64,000 nucleotides of DNA from Epiperipatus broadwayi (taxonomy: Eukaryota > Animalia > Onychophora), in the NCBI GenBank assembly GCA_028023455.1, contig JAQFVV010000010.1, positions 17,174,001 to 17,238,000 of the forward strand. Direction: 5' to 3'. The notes beneath the pieces are model-generated. The model had not been told where the DNA came from. It saw only the letters and a list, made by a program, of their open reading frames with translations, and did no database searches. Shown here piece by piece: positions 1-13,187 of this stretch (positions are counted from its first letter, which is position 1; every line of letters starts with the position of its first letter). The translations under genes were made by a program, and so were the position numbers.

Positions 1-815
1 CTAAATTGTAGTATATAAATTACGTTACTTTTGATAGATTTAGAATTACGTCTTGCTTTTTTAATAAAATGATTGATTTACTCTTGACCAAAAATACCGT
101 AACTTTAAAAAAAAAGACACACATAAAGTCCAAAAAAAAAAATGAGAAAAAGCCCTGTAACTTTAAAGACACACACAAACTCAAAAACAATTCTAAGATT
201 AATAAAGATTGACTTAATACGTCTTACTTTTGAATCAAATTATTGATTTACTCTTGCAAAAAAAATACCGTAGCTTTAAAAAGACACACCTAAAGTCCAA
301 AAAAAAAAAAAAAAATTCGAAAAAGCCCCGTAACTTTAAAGATACACACACAAACTTAAAAACAAGATAAGAATAATAAACATTTACTTATTATGTCTTG
401 CTTTTGAATAAAATTATTGATTTACTCTTGCAAAAAAAAAGACCGTAACTTTAAAAAGACACACGTAAAGTCAAAAAAAAAAAAATTAGAAAAACACCGT
501 AATTTTAAAGACATACACACACAAACTCAAAAACAAGATAAAATTAATAAACATTTACAAAAATGAAAAAAAAACTAACATCATATAATAGTATTAGTTA
601 GTAGAATATTTTATTACAAATCTAAGAAATCAGATCTTTTTAGATCAAATCGATCATTTAGGTCCGGCCCGGAATTGTTATATGTATATGTTTTCGATTA
701 GCATCAACGCCATCTTAAGGCGAACACCAAGGATGAGAATACAACCAAATAAACTTGATAAAAAAGTTTTTTAAAAAGTTTTGTAGAGGGAAGTATAGAA
801 ACTTAATATATAGAT
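1..815 (-). mobile_element. Possible non-autonomous Helitron/Helentron-like element containing the tandem array (runs off the window start)
   Basis: The minus strand reads A|TCTATATATTAAG at 815-802, resembling the 5' TC start of insect non-autonomous Helitrons, and an internal minisatellite follows. The 3' hairpin/CTRR end is not visible. Confidence 0.25.
30..560. repeat. Tandem array of about three diverged ~172-bp units
   Basis: The motif gtctt(g/a)cttt...attgatttactcttg recurs at 50, 221 and 395 (periods 171 and 174). Each unit holds two cc(g/t)gtaactttaaa..agacacac subunits. Confidence 0.9.
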
Positions 816-3800
816 ATACCTATACCCCATTTTAGTGCTTATCCTTTATGCAAGGATTCACAATAGTATTCATCATCAATTTGTACCCATTATTTGGATT
901 TACAATTGATTATTTACTATAACAATCAATAAAATGTTAAAAAAAATTTTTGGGGTGCCATTTTGTAATACTGATGGCATCAATGATAGTTATTAATGCT
1001 AGGTCATCCAAAAGCAAAATGCATCTTTCATACTGAAACTGTATCATACAGAGTTTATCCATAATATACAATACAGTACCACAATATTAGTGCTCATTAC
1101 AATATTTTGATTATAAACTTAAAATACGATTAATGAATATACAGTATAATATTTTATTTTATTTTCATTCAACATTTTTGCAAGACAATCAATTTTTTGA
1201 TATCCCAAAGATTTTCATCATTAATTATTACAACGCCTAAAAAAAAAAAGTGTTTCATTCAGTACAATAAATAATCAAAATCATATTTAAAGATATATAA
1301 CAACCAAATATATTAATACATATTAAATTTTAAAAGGTGTACATTAGTTTAAAAACTGTATACTATATTTACTCACTTCTATGGATTAAAAATACTTTGC
1401 TTGCAGCAAAAATGACAATCATTGTATTGTAATTTAGTTATCATAATTGTTACTTTGGAAAAAAAAAAAAAGATTTCATAATAAACTTTGTACGATCAAA
1501 AAATACTAAATCTAAATTAAAAATAACACAATCTATTTACTCAATTTTAAAACATTTCATAACATTATCACACATGTATAAAAATGTAAACTGAAAAAAA
1601 AATGAAAACTTTATTCAGCATAAAACTGCTAATATGAAATGTATTTTTGGTTTGGCAAAAAAAAAAAAATGTTACAGCTGGCATATTTGTATATAAAGTG
1701 ATCTTTATTTAATAGTAAATATTGTAAAAAAAAAAGCCTTAAATATTGATTACAATATACAAACACAGACTGCATTAGATACTGTTTTAATATGTCAGAA
1801 TATATTTTTTTGAAGTTAGCTGTGATTAGCTTTTAACAATGTATAGTACAATATGCTAATTTTGCTATACTTAATACTAATGATAAATAACAAATCTTTG
1901 TGATCAATTAAATAAGTTATTAAACATTTTTTTAAAAATTCTAAATGATTTCGTGTAAGTAATATAATATGGTAGTGCAAATTTGAAAAAATAAAATTTC
2001 AATATGGATTTTTTTTCAGCGCAATGAAAAACAGTTCCACAGAGAAATACAAAAAATTGTTAACAGTTAATTTACTTTCACTTTCTCATCCATTTTGCTG
2101 TACTTTTGCTAGTTAAAAAATGCATTTTTTTTTCTAGTAATTCTGTTTAAAAGTTATACGACCACAAAAATATCAAGAAAATCTCTCTCTGAGATTGTTG
2201 GAAACAGAAATGGTTATCTTAAGTCAACTGGAAAAAGAAGGAAATCATGATATCTGTTCTTTTATGGATTCATTCACATTTAACACTGCTACTATTTTAA
2301 AAAACAAAATAAAATAGAACAAAATATTCAAACTATCATAGGTATATCCAAACTTTCCAAAATCATGAAATCCTGGCATCCTATATAAAAAAATCCAAGA
2401 AGCAAGTCAACCATCCATTCTAAACTTTTTCTTTAGAGATCCTCAGCCATTATCTGGTGCATTCCTCCAAAAAACCCAAGAGCACCAAAAGATTTAGAAG
2501 ACAACAATGGACCTTAGAATAAGCAATTCCCAATTCAGAAAATTAGATAATTAGGATTGATGAATAAATCACAGGAAAGAACAACTTAACATAAATAATT
2601 TTTACATAAATTTAAGTTGCATTTTAGTACATATAAACATATTTTAAGTGCATAATACTTGTATAATACATATAGTACAGTGTACACAAGCATATACTGT
2701 AATGTACATTAAGAAAGTTTTTTTTAATTACTATATATACTAGGTTAAATTGTTCATTGACAACTTATAATATAATTTTTAGTTAGAATAAGCAGCCAGA
2801 TTTTTTCCCATAAGCAACTTTTATAATTACTTGTTCTTTAAGAAATATTCTTGCTTAACAATGAGTTTTGAGGGACCAATTGCCCTCACTAAGTGGGGTT
2901 AAGGTATATATGTATATTTTTTTAAAAAAAGTTTGTAAATTGAATAGATATATTATTAATAAGATGTATGCAAAATATATAATTTTTTAATGATTATTTT
3001 TAAATTTACCAAATGATACTATAGAAGATAAAACAATCTATATTGAAATAACATGTTAAAATAGTGAATAATTTAATAATAATATAATAAATTATAGTAT
3101 GTATGAATATGTAGATTTATACAATATATATTTTTGTTTTCTATGTTTTCATGTATACGATCCTTATTTTTTTAATTTATGATAATTAATATATCCTATG
3201 TATATAAAGAAGTTACTATATAATTAATATATATAAAAAATAATGTAATAGTTATATATATATATTTATCAGAAGGCTTGTGGCCATCAAAATTGTTATG
3301 GGTGAATTAAATAAAACATTATGAAAAATGTATAGGAGGAATGTAGTTTTTAAAAGATATATTTAAATGAATATTGCTTTTAAAAATTAAATGCATTACT
3401 TGCTTATATTTATTTGATTGTAAAGAAATTTTGCATTATTAAATATCAAAAAATTCATAATAAAAATGTTGGTTTTGTGTATACCATTGATATTTTGAGA
3501 ATGTCCAACATAAGATTAAAAACTTTTTGCTTTTTGCATACAATTGAAAATCAATAATGAATAAATTAATATAATTTTTAAACAATTCAACTTTTATATA
3601 TATATAAATTATCAAGTAACTGTATACAATTATGGCAGGACATTAAAACTGCTACTTTATTTTTTGTTTTCATTTGCCAATAAAAATTAACGTTCAGACT
3701 AGAATAGCATTTTTTTTCTTCTTTTGGATATCATATAAAGTTCTGAATTATTCACATATCTTACAGGTATGTTTAATTTCTATATAATGATATGCTAGTT

Positions 3801-6289
3801 ATTATCATACTCTCACCATGTAATTTTTCTTTCAGTACATATTGATGTTATAGTAACTTGACATTAGAAGTTGCTGCCATATTTCTTCATTTACTACTGA
3901 AAATGAACTTTTAGCACAGAATTTCTTTTTATACGTCATGTATAGCACATCAATATATATCACAGGTATTCATACAGCAAGTAGATAAATATATTTTAAC
4001 CTGATTTTTTAACAATTCAAATTTTTTCATTGATGGATGCATTACAAGAATTGTAATATTGTGGATAGAAGGATTAGAATCATGAATTTGAAAAAATTAT
4101 ACTCTACCTGAACTGACTTTATTAATTATAAAAATGTTAATTATAATTTATCTATTTATTTTTATATAAAAAGTATCAAAGGTAATAGTATATTTTATAA
4201 AACATGTAAATTGTTTAATACATATGATATAATTGTATTGAAAATGCAGGTATTACATTTGTCACTGCAATCCAAGATTTTCTCTATCTGCATAAAAGCT
4301 AGGGATCAAATATCATGCAGAGGGAGAACTACTAATATATAACAAAGTATATATATAAGAGCAATCATTTTTAAGACCAATGGAATTAATTAATCATTGA
4401 TAATAAACTTTAATAAATAAATGAAGGTTGGGCAATCATTTAATTTTTACTATGACTGGTGAGAACACAATTTAAAACTCAGTTCTCTTAAGATAACTTA
4501 TGTAAATTATTAAAACTCATATGATGACTTAATTTTAAAATAAAACAGTTATTTAAAAAAATTAATTATTAAATAATCATTCATTGATTTAAACACTTGC
4601 AAACTATGTCAGAAAAAATATAGATTGTACATTATTAAAATAATATTTATTGAATAAATTATATGAAGTTTAATTATCACATTTTTGATTTTAAAGTTTA
4701 TATATCTAAATGCTGTATGTTGTTTAATTAAAGTATAGAATTATTTCAGATTTAAATACTAAATTAATAATGATACTTACTGGTCAAATTAAATAATAAT
4801 CAAATCAAGCTATATATATTCTAACCTCCCCCTGCGCGTTCTCACCCCAAAAATATACTGTTTACTACTAATATTACGGGTTCTAGCTCAGTTAACAAAT
4901 AAATAAATGAAATATTCAGCATTAATTAAAATGATTACTAGCTCTAATTTTAAAATACAAATTCGATTCAATTTTAAAATGAATTAACAAATATTTACTA
5001 TTTTCATGGGACATGGAGTGACAATACGGGGAACGAGATAGACTACATTGAGACATTATCCACACGATACTACCTCAATGGCATAAGAACACTATCCCCT
5101 CTTTTTTACTTTTACTATATAACTAAATAACTAACTCATAGTATTCTTACGACTTTCTAAGCTCTATGCACTACGATTAAAATAATAATCATATCTTAAT
5201 CTTCTTTATAACAAGAATCTAGCTCAATTAAATAAAATGAAGTAAAATAAAATAAAATCTCAGGTTCAGAAATTGTATTCTAACTGATTTAAAATTACGG
5301 TAGTAAAATATGAAAAGGGAATTTTATGTCATAATCTACTACACAGCAACTAACAATAATAAAAATAATAATAACAATAATAAATATAATATAATCTTAT
5401 TTCTTCCTAAAATGAAATAAATAAATACGTACGTGGTAGTATTTAATAATCTGACAACAGAATACTTGTGGCAACATTAGCATATAATTTAATGTAATAT
5501 TGTGGCAACCGACTTATGACCAATAAATAATATAAAATTATGATCTTTTAATTTTAACATACCAATAAATTCTCAAAATTATTATAACACTTTTATGTTT
5601 ACCTTTTGTGCAAAATCTATATGTCTGTTTCAATTATAAATGTATCGTGATTTCATGCATCCATGTGGAGAAATAACAACTCGGACACAAAAACTTTAGA
5701 ACGAATTTAAAACAAAGTTTATTAACAACATAAATAAATTAACAATATTTTTACACTATATACATTGGATATCCCTTACTCTCATATCTCAACTTAGTTT
5801 ATTAGTTTATAAAATGAAATCAAAATAATATTTACTTTTCCTAGTTAAATCTTATTTTTTTAAAACACTTAAGAAAATACAGTATTATTACTTGATTTAT
5901 TATTATGGTTAGCTTATTACAAAATGCATTTCTTATATGATTATCACTAACACTTTGCATCCCTAATATTATTAAAATTATATTTTTACAAAATTTACAT
6001 TCGTAGTAAAATTCTATAAAATAACAAATTTTAGTTTTATATTGGTTGTATGGAATCTTACAAAGTCAAAACATTGTTCTACATTAGGTATTAGGTTTTT
6101 TATTGTTCATTATCCGATGTTTATTATTCCTAATATTCTCATTCAAGCCTTACTTCGGATGATATATTTACAACTATTAATATACCATGCACAAGTATAT
6201 GTTTATTGTACATTATTGGACTATTTTCTTAATAAATATGCAATACTTATTTTCTAAATATTATTTAAAAAAAATTCAAAATTTATTAT

Positions 6290-8338
6290 CACTTTTAAAA
6301 AAAACAACTTTGTTTAGATTTCTCTTTCAAAAAATCTTATATTCATTTCCGAATTAATTTTACAATGTATTATATGATTCTTTCTCTCTTTATGATATTT
6401 TGGACTTTCAATTTTAAAGTTACACAATTCTATACATTCCAGCAAATAAACTATTCTTACATAAACGATAACATATCTTCAGTTCTATTTTATTCATTAT
6501 TTCTTTGAAAATATCTTTCTGACCGATGCAGATTCACGAAATAAGGATAGCGAAGATAGATGCATAGGATCAAAATACAACTAGAATATTACTCGTCATA
6601 TACCTTGACAATCATGGCACAGTGAATTAAAAGACACTATAGAGGAGTGACCTTTACCTGTCTACCAACCTCTATCATAGGAGCGATGTTAAAGCTATTT
6701 CTTCAGCTTTATTATAACATCCAAAGTTTAAAGATATGCAAAAACACTGTCCAAACTATATGTGTTCAGTCATAGGGCTTAGTTAACTATACTGAAATCA
6801 CACAAAACTAAATATGATCCAAATCCTTTATTTTTCCTATTTCTTAAAAAAAAAACATCATCTTGGTTTCCTCTCCACTAGTACTTCCAAGTCACTATCC
6901 GATCTTATTTCTCAAGATTTTTTCTATACTGTACATCGACAAATACATATCTGCATTACTAGCAATAATAAAATTCATTGATATTTTAAAACTATTCCAC
7001 TGTTCTATAAGACAGCTTGCTTACTACTTTCCTCCGTATATTTAATCATATACAAACTATTTGAATATCTGAATACTTTATCACATGAAAGTTCAAAAGA
7101 ATCACACAATTGTTCTGTTAAATTATATTATTAATATACTTTAAATAAATTATTGCATGCATATTCCGAATTACTCCTATCTCATTATATGTTAAAAATG
7201 TTGTATAAAATGTGTACATATAATTTAAACTTTCACACTTCATTCTTAAGTCAATAGATGATCTAAAAAAAATACATTATGCATTATAAACAACTATTAA
7301 AATTACCAAAACGACCTTTATCTTCTCGATCGCGTTCCGTAGGCTTCACCATCCATTTTATCCTTGTAGATATAAGATTCACATCCATACACTTTATTTT
7401 TAAACAATATTTTTATAATTTTATCAAGTTATTATATTTAAATTTTAATATTAATAAATTTATGTTTATATGTTTTCCCTCATCTCACATAACATTTTAT
7501 ATTTTAAAATAAATTAGTAAAAAATATTCCAAACTATATTTACTGTACTTCTTCATCAAATTTCCTTGAAAAACGTTCATATTAAAGCTAAAAAAAATGT
7601 TTATTATTTCTTCTTCAGTCACTTAATGTTCTTCTCCCTGCTTGTTAAATTCTAAGGCAAAACAATTATTGCTCTGTTTAATAAATATTCATAGATGACA
7701 ATCCTTGGTTTTTTATAATATTTAATACAATTATTAATTATGATATCAATTAATCCCGTAAAGAAAACGTCTACATATTCTCTTCTAATATTTTCTGCTA
7801 ATATTTTCCCGCGCGACTTTTATGATGCATCTTCTATGTACTTTGATTTAAATATTCAGTAAATTTTTCTATCTCCATGGATCCATTTTCATTAAGTAAT
7901 TTAAATTTCCATTTTCCTAATCTCTATCTTTATTAAGCGTTTTTATAATGAACACTTTATAATATTTTAATTCTTCTTAGATAAAGTTTTTTCTTTCCTT
8001 TTTTAAAAAATAATGACTCTTTCCTATCATTATTCGGTAATTTTTCCTTTCTTTTAAAGTTCTGGTAACTATATACTTTGTAATGTTTCCTTTAAAAAGG
8101 ATAAACATTCTTTCTCTGTTATAACTTTTACATAATTTTTTCTTTATAATATACGTATCTTAATTTTTCAATAGAGAAGAACAAAATAACTTCAGAGTAG
8201 CCTTATAAATTTGTGCGTCATAATTTTTCCTGACGGCAAATAACTTCTCTTTTAAGTTTTCTGTATAGCGTCCAAATTATATTCCTCTGAGTTTCCTTTA
8301 TCATAACTTCTATATACTGTTTTCTGTAGTATTTCCAT
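6290..8338 (-). pseudogene. Decayed ~2-kb ORF of unknown, K/E/I/N-rich, virus- or TE-like protein
   Basis: From ATG 8338 the minus strand reads MEILQKTVYRSYDKGNSEEYNLDAIQK. Long in-frame stretches broken by stops and frameshifts follow (KEKLFAVRKNYDAQIYKATLKLFC; GKWKFKLLNENGSMEIEKFTEYLNQST; LAENIRREYVDVFFTGLIDIIINNCIKYYKKPR; ISTRIKWMVKPTERDREDKGRFGNF). No family recognised. The end is approximate. Confidence 0.5.
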
Positions 8339-8399
8339 TTTACTGTAAGGTTTTGGCTAAACTTGAATAAAATTACTGGCAAGAAAACTTTTAAAAATT

Positions 8400-8700
8400 A
8401 GCCCTCCATGTAAAGGCAGTTCAAAATATTATATTTAAAAAAAACTTTTAAAAACAAATACAAAATTTTAAAATTATATTACTTTTCTAGCTTACGATAT
8501 TATACAGCTAAAAAATATGTTACTCCCTCCTTCACTTACACATTACTTTCTCCCGCTTCATCTAATTCTTATATTTTGTCTGCTAAAATACCTCCGTTGA
8601 TTGGTTAATGACTTTTTTAGCGCGAACAAATTTACACATTTTAGTTTTATAATAGATTAAACCTCTTTAAAATAAAGAATTTATGACGTCATGTCTTAAA
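8400..8700 (-). promoter_or_regulatory. Promoter-like region upstream of the decayed ORF
   Basis: CRE palindrome TGACGTCA at 8684-8691, CCAAT on the minus strand at 8600-8604, a local CpG cluster (gcgcg), and GTAAGT/GTAAGC donor-like motifs in the putative 5' UTR. Confidence 0.35.
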
Positions 8701-10729
8701 TATTATTTAGAATGTATTTTTTAACTCCATTATAGTTTTATCAAAATCATTTAAACTTTAAAACAATTATTAAAATATCATTTAATATCTATTTTAATAT
8801 TAATATTTAATTTATCTTGTTTTTATTTAAATAAAATATTTAATTTTTTTATTAACTGTATTCAACTTTTAAACACTACTTAAATATTACATCATTTAAA
8901 CATTTAAAATAACTATTTAATATTTCAACATTCATTTCAATGATAGACAGCAATTACATTTAGTTCCATAATTCACAAACTTTATTATTATATTCTAACA
9001 AGTGTGTGTGTGAAGGTATATACTATACAGTCACATGATTACTAACTTTATCAGATGATTTTTTTTAATTTACGTCTCGGTCTAAATTACAAAAACTGAT
9101 ATATTTTATAAAATTTTGAACAATAATTTAAAATGTAGAACTAAATATAATTCTCACCATCCCCAAAGTTTATTTTAAAATATATTAGATTAAATTTGAA
9201 TATTAATTATAATTATAACACTACATATAGCATTTATTTAATTTATTAGTTTTAAAACTCGAATTAATAATATACTTTTAACTATTTATAGCTGTGTTAT
9301 TTTATATGGCCAGCTTTTACAACCATAAGCAAGGATATAATTAAGCTTTATTTAACTGTTTTCTTCCAAAATAATCCATTACACTTTTATATACCAGGTA
9401 TTTTCAGCCTTAAATTGTACTATAAAATCTAATCGATCCTACTATTATTCATATATCATACAAACATATCTTAAAATTTAAAATTTTTTTAGTAATTGAC
9501 CATTCTACCTTATTATGACCTATAGATAAGGGCACAATATATATATCTTATTCTTTATGTTTGCTAAAAAAAAAAAAAAGGCCTTAATAAAAATTATAAG
9601 TTTTGAATGTAATTATTCAATATTAAAATAAACACTACACTTTACAATATTTAGTTAACTTAAAATTGCTTTTTCAAGTTTTATACATGCAATTAAAGTA
9701 AATATTCTTAATTATTCAAAAAGAAATTGCTAATTCTATATAAAATTTAAATTATTCTAATAGCATTGATATAAATTAACAGCAAATCATGGGAAAAAAT
9801 AAAATAAATGATTTATGTCAACATATAAAAGACAAATGCTTTTACATTGATTTTTTTTATTTCTAGCTTTTTTGAAATAAAAAATGTTTACTCTAGCTCC
9901 AGATTATTAATTTAATTACAAAGTAATGATAATCATTCTAAACTGTCACATGACTCAAAAATTGTTTCAAACATACTACAAATAAGAATTTTGAAATTAT
10001 AATTCCATTTTCATTTTCTAACTTCAGATAAAAATTTGTTTTAAATATCAATAATAATTATATAATCTATAACTAGAAACCATGAAAAAAAATCTTTTTG
10101 AAACAAATGAAATGTATAAATTGTAAAAGTTATAAACCAAAATAGTAATAACAATGGTAATCCTTTAGTAGGTGCTCAGAGGTATTTTTTAACACTTAAA
10201 GGAATCATCAAACAATCTCGGAACACTACTGCAGATAGTAAGCAATAAATATGATGCCTATTTTAGAAAAAAAAAAAAATTGTTTTGCAGATTTTGGATC
10301 AACAACAGTAGGAAAGATATTGACCTCTTCAATAAATTTAATGCATAATTTTGAATTAGAACACTGTTTAGCAGATTTCGGTGAAACAACAGTTAAGCAT
10401 CTATTAGATTATTCACAAATTTGCACAGATGATGAGTATTGAAAATTGATATATTAAGATTTTTTAGATTATCGACTTCGGGACGATGCCCACAAATGTC
10501 ACTCACTGGTTAGAATTTTAACCAATCATTGACTTTAAATCATGACTGTGCCTAAACAGTAGGGAACACAGACACATGGTATACGCCATCTTTTTTACCA
10601 TTGTATCATCTTTCTAATGGTGTTTTTATTTTTTCTATATCTTAAGAATTGCAGTTTTTATGAACATTTTAGTAAAAGGAGTTTCTTAATTTTTATTTGA
10701 TTTTTTTAAACTTCACGGAAAAAAATTAA

Positions 10730-11240
10730 TGACAATGTTTGTTTGTTGAACAAAAATACATATTATTCCAATACATATGTAAGGAAGTCTTTTTAAAAGG
10801 CTTAGAATTTATCGTAATTATATAAAACTGCAGAGATAATAATGTCCACCAATTGTAAGGATATATTTTTCATATTTTTTTAAAATATAAATACTTTATA
10901 ATGATGTAGAATAAAGGTTTATTTTGTGTTGACGAATGTCTGTTTGTTGTCCAAAACGTATATATCTAATTCCTTGGATTGTAAATATATTTCAGAAGTA
11001 ATACTTTTTATCACCTGTAACTATGTACAAAATTTTAAATATATTTTTTTTTATAAATAATTTATAATGCTGTAGCAGAATAAAGGTTTATTTTGTGTTG
11101 TAGAATGTTTGTCTGTGTTCCGATACACATATAACTCCAAAAGCCATGAACCAAGTTAATTGTAATTTTATATGAAAGTAATATTTTATATCAGTTATAG
11201 TATAAATATTATATATATATTGTAAATAATGATTATAATG
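10730..11240. repeat. Diverged ~165-bp tandem repeat (2-3 units)
   Basis: tataatg(a/c)tgtag..aataaaggtttattttgtgttg..gaatgt..gt occurs at ~10897 and ~11063, with weaker similarity at ~10735 and ~11225. Confidence 0.6.
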
Positions 11241-13187
11241 AAAAGATCTATTGTACTGTCATAATCTTACTATAAGCAGTATCTCATGTGACAGTTTTGT
11301 ACGGCAATTGTATTTCATTTTTTGAAATCTACAGGTATTTTTTTCTACTTTCATTAATACTTTATATTACACTAAATTGAAAATAAATAATTTTCTGATT
11401 TAATTATCATCATGTGTAGAAGTCTGATTGATATGCATACACCCTAAAAAAGTTTTGTCTTTTAACTTATCACTTTGCTCTTTTATATTCTATATTATTT
11501 CATAATTAATTTCATTTTTATAATAAATTACAATTAATTAAAATTCTGTTTGCATAATATCTAATATCCAATACTTTTGAAATTTTTTTTACCCTAGAAA
11601 GAAGCAATATGTTTAGCAGATAACTACATGGAAGAATAAGATTTGGGTCAGCTAGCAAAAATGAAACTCTCCAGCATGTGTTATTTCTAAGGTTTTACAT
11701 TTAAGAATTATCTAAGGTAAGCTATGTTATATATGCATTCCTTTTTTTTTTTGTTAATTTCATAAGAAATTTGATTAAGATGTCTAGAAAAGTGTCCGAT
11801 TAAAATTTAACTCTCAAAATTTAGAATTTGTGAACCTATAAAAAAATAAGCATTTGTAAAAGTGTTAAAAAAATTTTTTAATATTATTTAAGGAAAATTA
11901 TTATATTTTCTCAGCATTATGACATTCCTTGGTCCATTAATCTTGTTCAATTGCTTAAAATTCAACATAGCTGTCCATTAGGATTGAAGGGGATAATTAT
12001 AATGGAAAAAATAAAAAATAAAACCAAAAAAAAAAAAAGATCAATTTCTTTCTTGATCAAAATAAAATAAAAATAATAATTTTCAGTATTTAAAGTGACA
12101 AACAGATTTTTTTTGTAATAAAAAAAAATAGGCAAAGGAAGTCAGATGTAATTTTTTGCAAATAAATGAACTTAAAATAATTACTTTGTATGGGTTCTTT
12201 TTTCAAAATAATGCTAGGGTGGTTTTAAAAAACTAGGACAATTGTAATGAATAATAGTTCTAAAAAAGATCAATTCTATAAACTAACAAATCTAGCTTGA
12301 TCTGAAATAGGGGAAACAAAATAGCTCTCAATACTAGAGAAATTTAACATTCCACCATCACTTTTATTTTTTTTTTTAAAAATTACTTTAAACAACTCAC
12401 TGCATATTTTTTCTTCTATTTTATTTATTTTGTATAAACTAAATTTTTTTTTTTGTTTCTTGTTTATTTGTAACCATCTATTTTTTTAAAAAAAAAAATT
12501 AATGTGCGCAAGTAAATTAATATTTACACAATTAATTAGTATTTTAGTTCTTCTATTTGTTTATTTGTTAAATTAAATTTCTAAATTTTTTAACTGCCAA
12601 TCTAATGTAGTATCATTTCTGAAAAAAGAACACATATTTTATTCTTATTTAATCCTGTTTACATAACTCTCATTACTTTATTAATATTGGTAATGGAGGG
12701 GGGGGGGCACAGATCTACTGCTTGTTTATTAAAATTGTGCAAGTTTTATAGTAATATTGCTTCATATAAGTAAATTCACATTTGTATGAATTCTTTTTTT
12801 CCCATTTACTGATTGGTATTTTCAGTAGTAGTTGTGACTTCCTCAAGTATCAATAAATGTCTCTTAGTGTCTACTAAATTATGATCACAATAATCTATAT
12901 GTTAAAATTAACTTTGTTAATGGTGACTTCTATGTTTTGCGAATATACATATTATTTTCAAAGCTCTTTTAGAGACATACATATTGAAAGAGCAAGAATA
13001 AGATGATGTCAATGTAAACAGAATTTGTTTATGACTTTATTTCAAGATTGTGTTGAATAACATAGTTGCACGTTTTCCAATGTCTGTTATATAAGTATGT
13101 TTGTAGTGTCTAAATCAAACATATAAATATAATTTACTACACTTGAAATTGTTATATTAGTATATAAAAAGATTTTTTTAAATATAT

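Noticed and set aside
30-560. CRISPR-like array
   Set aside because: The whole 172-bp unit is repeated with no unique spacers, and the context is eukaryotic with no cas genes.
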